From: Spirochaetia bacterium
Lineage (GTDB): Bacteria > Spirochaetota > Spirochaetia > DSM-2461
Assembly (NCBI GenBank): GCA_963666985.2
Contig: CAXXIA010000001.1
Location: 352,001-416,000 of the forward strand
DNA length: 64,000 bases
Direction of reading: 5' to 3'
The position numbers were made by a program, and so were the translations under genes. Below are positions 39,470 through 47,623 of the stretch, piece by piece. The notes beneath the pieces are model-generated. The model was not told where the DNA came from. It saw nothing but the letters and a program-made list of their open reading frames with translations, and did no database searches. Within the stretch, counting starts at the first letter, position 1. Each line of letters begins with the position of its first letter.

Positions 39470-41737
39470 ATGAATTATCAGCAGCGCGTTAAAGAACTTG
39501 TAGACGGATTAGGAACCTGGTATGAGGATGAGTCGGCTCTGGCCTCCGGTAAAATGACGGCGAATCTCCATCCCTATACCTCCATGTTTTCTCCCCTGCA
39601 GATTAACCGTCTGAAAGTGAAGAACCGATTGGTGATGGGGCCGATGGGAAACATCAGCATGGCCGACGAGACGGGGCGTCCGGCGAAGAAGATGATTGAA
39701 TATTTCGTGCGGCGGGCCGAAGGCGGAGTGGGGCTTATTACCTCCGGTTTGGTCCCCATCAGTCACGGAGTCGATCCCACCGTTACGGAACTCGGAGACC
39801 GTTCTTATTTTCCCCGGATCGATAAAAGCCGGTCTGTGTTCGCCGGATGGCGCGACATCGCCGAGCGGTGTCACGGATACGGTACGGCATTCTTCATCCA
39901 GCTTACCCCGGGACTCGGTCGCGTGGGCTCTCCCGAATGCATGATTAATAAAATGAAATTCCCGATTTCGGCCTCCTGGAATCCGAACTTTTACATTCCC
40001 GGTCTGCCGTGCAAGCCGATTCCGGGAAGGGATGCCTGGAAAATCATCAAGAAAGCGGGACAGGCGGCCGCCGATGCCAAGTCCCTGAATATCGACGGTG
40101 TGTATCTGCACGGGCATGAAGGTTATTTCCTGGAACAGATGACCAATCCGGCCTTCAACCGCCGCAAGATGGGTAAGTTCGCCGACTGGAAGGCCTTCGG
40201 TATTGAAATCGTGAAAGAGCTTCGCAGGCGCACAGGTCCCGGCTACCCGATTATGTACCGCATCGATCTGTCTCTGGTCTTAAATGAAACATACAAAGAG
40301 CGGATGAGTACGGTTAAGTCGCTGAAAAAGTTTAAAAATGAGCGAACGGTTGAAATGACTCTGGACTACATGAAAGATCTTGTGGCCGCCGGAGTGGATC
40401 TTTTCGATGTTGATCTCGGATGCTATGACAATTGGTGGCTTCCTCATCCTCCCGGTCCCATGCCTCCCGGATGTTTTCTGGAGGTTTCCCGGATTGTCAA
40501 AGAGTATTTCAGAGAACATAAAATCATCTCCAACGCCGGTGTGGAAGTTCCCATTGTGGCCGTGGGCAAACTCGGTTATCCGGATACTTCCGAGAAGGCG
40601 CTCCGAGACGGCAAATGCGACATGATTATGCTCGGGCGTCCGCTTCTGGCCGATCCTGATTGGCCGAAGAAAGCCTATTCGGGGAAAGTGGATGAGATTG
40701 CCACATGCATCGGCGATCAGGAAGGCTGCATCAATGAGTTCGTTGAAGGCGGCCATCCCCAATGCGCCATCAATCCGGTTACCGGATTTGAAGATGTGTA
40801 TAACGGCAGCGAATTGCAGAGAGCTCCTGTCGGCCGGAAGGTGGCCGTCATTGGGGCCGGGCCTGCCGGTGTTATGGCCGCTTTAACCGCCGCCCGCCGG
40901 GGGCATGATGTAACCCTTTTTGAAAAATCGGGGAGAATCGGCGGTATGCTCAATCCCGGATCGCGCCCGAAAATCAAGTTTGATATCGCCAACTACATCG
41001 CCTATCTGAAACGGCAAATTGAACTGGTATCGGCGGAATACTCGTTGAAGCTGGTTTTGAATTCCGCCCCCTCTCCTGCGGAATTGAAGTCTCAAGGATG
41101 GGATGTCATTATCGTCTCAACCGGAACCGTTCAGAAGAAACCGCCTGTAAACGGCATTGATTCGGAGAATGTGGTTTCGGCCATCGACTTATTGAATAAT
41201 CCGGAACTGGCGGATCAGGCGAAAAAGATCGTGGTTGTCGGCGGCGGTGTTGTGGGCTGTGAAACGGCTTACTTCCTGCGCCACGAGATGAAAAAGGATG
41301 TTCAGATTGTGGAAATGCTGCCTGAAATCATGAAGGGAGTCTGCACCGCCAACAGGGGTTATTTGATTCACTATCTGGAAGAACTGAATGTTCCTCTTCA
41401 TAACTGTACCAGCCTGAAAGAAGTAAAAGCCGGCAAGGCGGTTCTTCTGAAGAACGTTTCGAAAACCGTTCCCGATCCGTATGTCACCTGGACTCCGCTT
41501 CTTCCTGAGAATATCGAGAATCCTTTCGCTAAAAAGATAAAACCGGAGACTCAGGAAATCGAAGTGGAGGCCGATTTGGTGGTTTTGGCCGTCGGTTCGG
41601 TACCGGATGATTCATTCTTCTATGAATGCCAGAGCATTAATGCGGCATCCGAGCTGTACAACATCGGAGATTGCTATCATGCCGGACGGGTGTTCGAAGC
41701 GGTGAAATCCGCCTACCAGGCGGGAATATCCTGCTGA
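39470..41737 (+). CDS. 2-enoate reductase-like flavoenzyme (OYE barrel plus FeS and FAD/NAD domains)
   Basis: KNRLVMGPM, RAEGGVGLI, LHGHEGY.LEQ, GRPLLADP, and two Rossmann motifs (VIGAGPAG, VVGGGVVGCE). Confidence 0.88.
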   Translation: MNYQQRVKELVDGLGTWYEDESALASGKMTANLHPYTSMFSPLQINRLKVKNRLVMGPMGNISMADETGRPAKKMIEYFVRRAEGGVGLITSGLVPISHGVDPTVTELGDRSYFPRIDKSRSVFAGWRDIAERCHGYGTAFFIQLTPGLGRVGSPECMINKMKFPISASWNPNFYIPGLPCKPIPGRDAWKIIKKAGQAAADAKSLNIDGVYLHGHEGYFLEQMTNPAFNRRKMGKFADWKAFGIEIVKELRRRTGPGYPIMYRIDLSLVLNETYKERMSTVKSLKKFKNERTVEMTLDYMKDLVAAGVDLFDVDLGCYDNWWLPHPPGPMPPGCFLEVSRIVKEYFREHKIISNAGVEVPIVAVGKLGYPDTSEKALRDGKCDMIMLGRPLLADPDWPKKAYSGKVDEIATCIGDQEGCINEFVEGGHPQCAINPVTGFEDVYNGSELQRAPVGRKVAVIGAGPAGVMAALTAARRGHDVTLFEKSGRIGGMLNPGSRPKIKFDIANYIAYLKRQIELVSAEYSLKLVLNSAPSPAELKSQGWDVIIVSTGTVQKKPPVNGIDSENVVSAIDLLNNPELADQAKKIVVVGGGVVGCETAYFLRHEMKKDVQIVEMLPEIMKGVCTANRGYLIHYLEELNVPLHNCTSLKEVKAGKAVLLKNVSKTVPDPYVTWTPLLPENIENPFAKKIKPETQEIEVEADLVVLAVGSVPDDSFFYECQSINAASELYNIGDCYHAGRVFEAVKSAYQAGISC

Positions 41738-41878
41738 TTCGCCGATGAGCCGATGCGCCGACGTGGGCCGGCGGCCGTTTTACTTAAAGCTGTCGTCGGC
41801 CTTTCCGGAACTCCCGATTCGGCGGCCTCTGGTGTTTCACCGAACCAGAGTTCATACTGAAACGGCGGGAGAGTGACG

Positions 41879-42730
41879 ATGAAAACGAACGGAACGGTTG
41901 TTTTTCAGAGTGATTTCGGCCTGGTGGACGGAGCGGTTTCCGCTATGTACGGAGTAGCCAATGCCGTTTCTCCGAAGCTTCAGCTTTACAATCTGACGCA
42001 TGAGATTCCTCAATTTAATATTTGGGAAGCTTCATACCGTCTTATTCAAACTTTGGAATACTGGGCGCCGGGAACCGTCTTTGTATCAGTTGTTGATCCC
42101 GGAGTGGGAACGGACAGGAAGAGCGTTGCCGTCTTAACCAATTCCGGACACTATATTGTTACACCGGACAACGGAACACTCACCCACGTTGTCCGGAAAA
42201 TCGGCATAGCGCGCTGTCATGAGATTGAGGAAGCCGTGAATCGTCTGGAGGATTCACGGAATTCTTATACGTTCCACGGCCGGGATGTTTACGCCTATAC
42301 AGGGGCCCGTTTGGCCGCCGGGATTATCGATTTGGATGGAGTCGGACGGGTTTTATCTCCGGAGGATGCGGTTCTTCATCCCTCCACGCAGGCCGGGATG
42401 GAGAGTGGCGTTATCAAGGCATCGGTTGATATTCTGGATTCCCGTTACGGAAGTCTTTGGACAAACTGTTCCGAAGAATTGTTTTCAGAGCTGGAAGTGA
42501 AATACGGAGAATATGTACAAGTTTCCATCTCACACCACGGACGGACAGTTTACGGCAACGATTTGAAGTTCGGAAAATCCTTCAGCGATGTAAACATCGG
42601 CGCTTCGATCGTTTACATTAACTCGCTTATGAATGTCGGCGTGGCCATCAATCAGGGGAATTTCGCCCGGGCTCACGATGTGGGTGCCGGAATCAACTGG
42701 CATATCAATTTTCGCAAAATCATTAAATAA
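41879..42730 (+). CDS. DUF62 SAM hydrolase (SAM hydroxide adenosyltransferase family), copy 1
   Basis: Motifs FQSDFG, VVDPGVGTDR, VTPDNGTL, TFHGRDVYA. Confidence 0.9.
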   Translation: MKTNGTVVFQSDFGLVDGAVSAMYGVANAVSPKLQLYNLTHEIPQFNIWEASYRLIQTLEYWAPGTVFVSVVDPGVGTDRKSVAVLTNSGHYIVTPDNGTLTHVVRKIGIARCHEIEEAVNRLEDSRNSYTFHGRDVYAYTGARLAAGIIDLDGVGRVLSPEDAVLHPSTQAGMESGVIKASVDILDSRYGSLWTNCSEELFSELEVKYGEYVQVSISHHGRTVYGNDLKFGKSFSDVNIGASIVYINSLMNVGVAINQGNFARAHDVGAGINWHINFRKIIK

Positions 42731-42775
42731 CTCTGTTCAATTACCGGCGGAACCCTTTTTGCTTCGTGGGGTCAT

Positions 42776-42801
42776 TGAAAAAAGCCGGCAAAAACCGGCT
42801 T
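42776..42801 (-). terminator. Intrinsic terminator of the small secreted-protein gene
   Basis: AAGCCGG-N6-CCGGCTT stem followed by a T-run on the minus strand. Confidence 0.55.
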
Positions 42802-42826
42802 CCATTAAAAAAATCTCAATTGATAA

Positions 42827-43246
42827 CTATTGCCGAGGACGGTTATCAGCTCCTTCATTGATTCTTTCACAGGAAACAACCCGGATCCGGCCGGAGACAT
42901 GCGTGCTGTCGTTTCTATTTCCTTTTCCCTCAAGACGAATCTGGTTTTCGCGATTATTCTGATCTTGATATGTTACGGTAACGGCATAATTATTTTTATT
43001 CGTCAGTTCCGTTTCTCCCGCTCTGTTTGTTTTTACCTTTACGCCGGAGATTTCATAATTATCCCGCTGCTGACCGGAAATTTGATTATTCTGCTGGTTT
43101 TGTTGATTTTGCTGTGTTTGATTATTCTGCTGCGTCGTCTGTGTCTGCGGCTGATTAGTGCCTGATTTCCCCTGGTCGCCGTTCTGTGCAAAGAGAACCG
43201 TTGAGAGTAACAGTAATGTCGCCGTAAGAGTGATGATTTTCTTCAT
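42827..43246 (-). CDS. Small secreted Gln/Asn-rich hypothetical protein
   Basis: Signal peptide MKKIITLTATLLLLSTVLFA; AGGAG RBS; low-complexity tract QQNNQTQQNQQNQQNNQ. Confidence 0.75.
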   Translation of the reverse strand: MKKIITLTATLLLLSTVLFAQNGDQGKSGTNQPQTQTTQQNNQTQQNQQNQQNNQISGQQRDNYEISGVKVKTNRAGETELTNKNNYAVTVTYQDQNNRENQIRLEGKGNRNDSTHVSGRIRVVSCERINEGADNRPRQ

Positions 43247-43453
43247 TTTCTTCTCCTGTATCAATTTAACTATTTCTAGAATTGATTCTTAATTGTTTTA
43301 CTAAATAGGTATCGCATGAAAGACATATTAACTATGAACGAATCATAGAATTATTATGAATTGATCGGGGTAGGATATCGGCTGAAGGATCAAATGGTGA
43401 ATTACGGCATTCCGGGGCGCCTTTCGGGTATAATTAAGGGAAAGGGTGAATCT

Positions 43454-44320
43454 ATGATACAAAGCAATCGAATCGTTGTTTTTCAAAGCGACTTCGGCCT
43501 TTTGGAAGGAACCGCTGCGCAGATGTACGGTGTGGCCTTGGGCATCGATCCCGATCTAAAGCTGGTGGATCTTTCTCATTACATCGACAGATTCAACACA
43601 TGGGACGCTTCTTACTCTTTGTTTCAGACCTGTCCGGTTTTTCCCGAAGGTACGGTTTTTGTTTCGGTAATCGATCCGGGGGTGGGGACCGGCCGGAAAA
43701 GCGTGGTTGCCCTTACCTCCGCCGGCCATTTCATTGTTACGCCGGATAACGGCACGCTGACTCATCTGAAGAAACACGTGGGTATAACGGATTTGAGGGA
43801 AATCGACGAATCGATGAACAGACGGCCCGGATCGGAAAAATCCCATGTTTTTCACGGAAGGGATGTCTATGCCTATACCGGCGCACGGCTGGCGGCCGGG
43901 ATTATCGATTTTGAAGGGGTTGGTGCCAAGCTCCCGCTGGACGGAATCGTTTGCCATCCGACGCCCGATCCGGAGATTGCTCATAACAAAGTAACCGGAA
44001 GAGTGGATATCACCGACCCGCATTTCGGAATGATTTGGACCAATATCCCCATAGAGGTTTTTGAACGGATGGATATTCCATTCGGAACAATCGTCAATAT
44101 TGTGGTGAAACATCGCGGTGAAGTCCGTTATGATAAACAAGTGCTTTATGGAAAGTCTTTCGGCAGCGTTCCCGAGGGCGAGGATATTCTTTATAACAAC
44201 GAGATAGGCTATTTCGCACTGGGAACCAATTTGCGAAGTTTTATTGAATTGTACGGCATCGCATCCGGACCGGACTGGAGCATCAGTCTGGAAAAGATAG
44301 AATCGAACGAGACTCGGTGA
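43454..44320 (+). CDS. DUF62 SAM hydrolase, copy 2
   Basis: Motifs FQSDFG, VIDPGVGTGR, VTPDNGTL, VFHGRDVYA. Start moved to ATG 43454. Confidence 0.9.
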   Translation: MIQSNRIVVFQSDFGLLEGTAAQMYGVALGIDPDLKLVDLSHYIDRFNTWDASYSLFQTCPVFPEGTVFVSVIDPGVGTGRKSVVALTSAGHFIVTPDNGTLTHLKKHVGITDLREIDESMNRRPGSEKSHVFHGRDVYAYTGARLAAGIIDFEGVGAKLPLDGIVCHPTPDPEIAHNKVTGRVDITDPHFGMIWTNIPIEVFERMDIPFGTIVNIVVKHRGEVRYDKQVLYGKSFGSVPEGEDILYNNEIGYFALGTNLRSFIELYGIASGPDWSISLEKIESNETR

Positions 44321-44371
44321 AAATGTCACAATTTCGCCAAAGAGTCTCCGCTGCTTGATGAGGAGGCAGAA

Positions 44372-44914
44372 ATGTTCAAATTCGGTACAAGGAAAATCGT
44401 CGCGACCGGCATCGGGGCCGCCCTGTTCATGGTTCTGTTCATGTTCGTTAAAATTCCCTCCTGGGTTCCCGAAACACAGTTCCAGACGGCCTATGCCCTC
44501 GGTTCCCTGATGGCCGTCCTCTTCGGGCCCATTGCCGGTTTTCTGATTCAGTTTATCGGCCATGCCTTAAGCGACGCGATTCAGTACGGATCTCCGTGGT
44601 GGAGCTGGGTTATCGCCAGCGGTGTTTCCGGGTTCGTCTTCGGTTTTGCCTATAAGCGGACCGGTGTTGATTCCGGTGATTTTAAAATGAAGGGAATCAT
44701 TGCGTTCAACGTTATTCAAATTATCGGCAATTTGATTGCCTGGCTTGTTGTGGCGCCCGTTTTGGACATCCTGATTTACGCCGAACCGACAAATCTTGTG
44801 TTCACTCAAGGAGCCGTGGCGGCCTTAATGAATATGATCAGCTGCGGCGTTCTCGGGACCTTGCTGATGTTCGCCTGGTCCAAGACCATTCCCAAGAAGG
44901 GCAGCCTGGAATAG
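44372..44914 (+). CDS. ECF transporter substrate-specific (S) component, UPF0397-like
   Basis: IVATGIGAALF, FGPIAG, IGHALSD..YGSPWWSWVIASG, APVLDILIYAEP...FTQG. Confidence 0.88.
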   Translation: MFKFGTRKIVATGIGAALFMVLFMFVKIPSWVPETQFQTAYALGSLMAVLFGPIAGFLIQFIGHALSDAIQYGSPWWSWVIASGVSGFVFGFAYKRTGVDSGDFKMKGIIAFNVIQIIGNLIAWLVVAPVLDILIYAEPTNLVFTQGAVAALMNMISCGVLGTLLMFAWSKTIPKKGSLE

Positions 44915-44922
44915 TTCTCCGT

Positions 44923-46665
44923 ATGGTAAAAGATCCGGTTATCCAATTCTCCGGTTTCTCTTTTACCTATCTCGCTCAGAAGTATCCGACTCTCAAGGAC
45001 CTTAATCTCACGATTTATCGCGGGGAGAAGGTCCTCATTGTCGGTCCGAGCGGGAGCGGTAAAAGCACTCTGGGCAACTGCATCAACGGACTTATTCCCT
45101 TCTCCTATGAGGGCGAAATTCTCGGAGAGGTGAACGTCGGCGGAACGGTTGTAAAGGATTCCAGCGTTTTCGAGCTTTCCAAAACCGTCGGAACGGTAAT
45201 GCAGGATTCCGATGCCCAGTTTGTCGCCCTTTCGGTAGCCGAAGACATTGCCTTCGCACTGGAAAACGATCGGGTTCCGCAAGAGGGAATGAAGGTTCGC
45301 GTGCTGGATGCGGCGAAGATTGTCGGTATGGATGATTACTTGAAGCAGTCGCCTCAGGAACTCTCCGGCGGACAGAAACAGCGGACCTCTCTGGCGGGCA
45401 TCCTGGTGGATGACGTGGATGTTCTGCTTTTCGACGAACCGTTGGCCAATCTGGATCCGCAAACCGGGAAATACGCCATCGAACTTATCGACGAAATCCA
45501 TCGGGGGCGCCATTGGGATGCCGGTGACCATGAGGGCGATACGATTCCACGGACCACGCTTATCATCGAACACCGAATTGAAGATGTCCTTCACAGGGAA
45601 GTGGACCGAATTATTTTGATGGACGATGGGCGCATCGTGGCCGATCTGCCGCCTCATGAAATGATCGCATCGGGGCTGCTGACGGATCACGGACTCCGGG
45701 AACCGCTTTATATCGCCGCTCTCCGTCATGCGGGGGTGGATATAACCGCCAAGCTGCGGCCGGCATACCTTTCAACCGTCGACTTTGATTCCTGCCGCCC
45801 GCGGATGCAGAGTTGGTATGAATCCGTGGAAGATCCGCCGCCGCCGAAAATCGGAGAGGAGGTTATCGCCATTCGGCATTTGGATTTCGAATATTACCAA
45901 GATCGGCCTGTGTTGTCGGATATCAATCTGAACATTGCCGCCGGAGAGATGATTTCCATCGTCGGAACCAACGGAGCGGGAAAGTCCACACTGGCCAAGA
46001 TTATCTGCCGCTTTGAGGATAGTCCGAACGGCACGGTTTTCTTCAGGGGAGAGGATGCCTCCGGACTGAGTATTACCGAGAGAGCATCCTTTGTGGGATT
46101 CATTCTGCAGAATCCCAATCAGATGATCACCAAAACTCAAATCTACGATGAAATCGCTATGGGACTCCGGTTGCGAAAAGTTCCGGATACGGAGATTGAA
46201 GAACGGGTGGACCGGGTAATGGCCGTCTGCGGTTTGGAGCGGTTTAAAAAGTGGCCCGTTTCTGCTTTAAGCTACGGGCAGAAGAAACGGGTAACCATCG
46301 CGTCGATTCTGGTGCTGAATCCGAAGGTTATCATTCTGGATGAGCCGACGGCGGGGCAGGATTACCGTCACTACACGGAAATCATGCGTTTTCTGACGAA
46401 GATAAACGAAATGGGTGTAACGGTGATTATGATTACCCACGATATGCATCTGATGCTGGAATACACCCGGCGATCGGTGGTTATCGACGGCGGCCGGATT
46501 ATAGCCGATACAGATTCCAGCACGGTTCTTACCAGTCCCGATTTGGTGAAAAGAGCCAGCCTGAAGGAAACCTCTCTTTTTCATCTGGCCGAAAGTGTCG
46601 GAATCGAGAGTCCCAAATCCCTGGTGGACCGGTTCATTCTTTTCGAAACGGAGATGAATCGGTGA
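44923..46665 (+). CDS. ECF transporter duplicated ATPase
   Basis: Two ABC domains: GPSGSGKS / LSGGQKQR / DEPLANLDP and GTNGAGKS / LSYGQKKR / DEPTAGQD. Confidence 0.93.
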   Translation: MVKDPVIQFSGFSFTYLAQKYPTLKDLNLTIYRGEKVLIVGPSGSGKSTLGNCINGLIPFSYEGEILGEVNVGGTVVKDSSVFELSKTVGTVMQDSDAQFVALSVAEDIAFALENDRVPQEGMKVRVLDAAKIVGMDDYLKQSPQELSGGQKQRTSLAGILVDDVDVLLFDEPLANLDPQTGKYAIELIDEIHRGRHWDAGDHEGDTIPRTTLIIEHRIEDVLHREVDRIILMDDGRIVADLPPHEMIASGLLTDHGLREPLYIAALRHAGVDITAKLRPAYLSTVDFDSCRPRMQSWYESVEDPPPPKIGEEVIAIRHLDFEYYQDRPVLSDINLNIAAGEMISIVGTNGAGKSTLAKIICRFEDSPNGTVFFRGEDASGLSITERASFVGFILQNPNQMITKTQIYDEIAMGLRLRKVPDTEIEERVDRVMAVCGLERFKKWPVSALSYGQKKRVTIASILVLNPKVIILDEPTAGQDYRHYTEIMRFLTKINEMGVTVIMITHDMHLMLEYTRRSVVIDGGRIIADTDSSTVLTSPDLVKRASLKETSLFHLAESVGIESPKSLVDRFILFETEMNR

Positions 46666-47489
46666 AGCTTTTTAACTACAGCTGCGAAGATACCGTAATT
46701 CACCGTTTATCCGGACTCACAAAACTGCTCTGCTTCATCATGCTTACCGGAGTGGTGATGTATGCCTACGACATCAGAATCTTTTTATTCATTCTCGTTT
46801 TTTCTTTTACCGTTCTTCGAATTGCCCGTATCCCTTTGAAAAACCTGAAACTCATATTCATCTATGTGGGAATTTTTTTGGTGATCAATTTCTTTCTGTC
46901 TTATCTGTTCGATCCGAAATTCGGTCCGGAAACCTACGGTTCATCAACGCTGATATTCCATATTGCCGGAAAATACGATGTAACCCGGGAACAGCTTTTT
47001 TATCAGCTTTCCAAGTTTTTTAAATACGGTTCGGTGATTCCCTTAGGGGTTATTTTCCTTTTTACAACCGATCCCAGCGAATTCGCTTCCAGTCTGAATG
47101 CCGTCTTGATTCCCTATAAGGTTGCCTATGCCGTGGCGCTTACCCTGCGCCATTTCCCCGATGTGCAGAGTGAATACACCACCATCTCCAAGGCTCAGCA
47201 GGCACGAGGACTGGATATTTCCCGGAAAACTTCTTTCCTGCACAGGTTCAAAAATGCGGTTGCTACGATGGTTCCTCTTATTTTTTCATCGCTGGAACGT
47301 ATCGATGTGATTACGAACGCCATGCATCTAAGGGGTTTCTCCAAATACCGCAAGCGGACTTGGTACAGCTTCCGGCCGATGAAAACCGGTGATTTTATCG
47401 CAATCGGGATTTGTCTTGTCATTATTGGCGGGGCCGTGTTTATCGCCGTTTACGTGAACAAAGGGCGATTTTACAATCCGTTTGGATAA
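46662..47489 (+). CDS. ecfT: ECF transporter transmembrane (T) component
   Basis: TTDPSEFA.SL, AQQARG and AMHLRGF coupling motifs. Confidence 0.9.
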   Translation: MKLFNYSCEDTVIHRLSGLTKLLCFIMLTGVVMYAYDIRIFLFILVFSFTVLRIARIPLKNLKLIFIYVGIFLVINFFLSYLFDPKFGPETYGSSTLIFHIAGKYDVTREQLFYQLSKFFKYGSVIPLGVIFLFTTDPSEFASSLNAVLIPYKVAYAVALTLRHFPDVQSEYTTISKAQQARGLDISRKTSFLHRFKNAVATMVPLIFSSLERIDVITNAMHLRGFSKYRKRTWYSFRPMKTGDFIAIGICLVIIGGAVFIAVYVNKGRFYNPFG

Positions 47490-47623
47490 TCGGCGGATAA
47501 ATTACTGCCGTTCAATATGATTTCCATGCAAATTGATATTCTTGCAATGAACGTTTGCATTTCTTTCATTACCTTTACTAAGCTTGTTGTTAACAAAATT
47601 TAACGGAAGCCGGAAGGTAAATT

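Noticed and set aside
41738..43453. SAM riboswitch upstream of the DUF62/ECF genes
   Set aside because: Hairpins are present, but I could not find the SAM-I core elements in either leader. An Rfam scan would be decisive.
41879..44320. Fluorinase/chlorinase pathway together with the FlK-like gene at 10.4 kb
   Set aside because: Both proteins have the hydrolase-type FHGRD histidine rather than the halogenase tyrosine-containing motif. The FlK-like gene is over 30 kb away and lacks its Glu.
43556..45729. Long minus-strand ORFs (43556..44563, 44806..45729)
   Set aside because: They are antisense shadows of the DUF62 and ECF genes.
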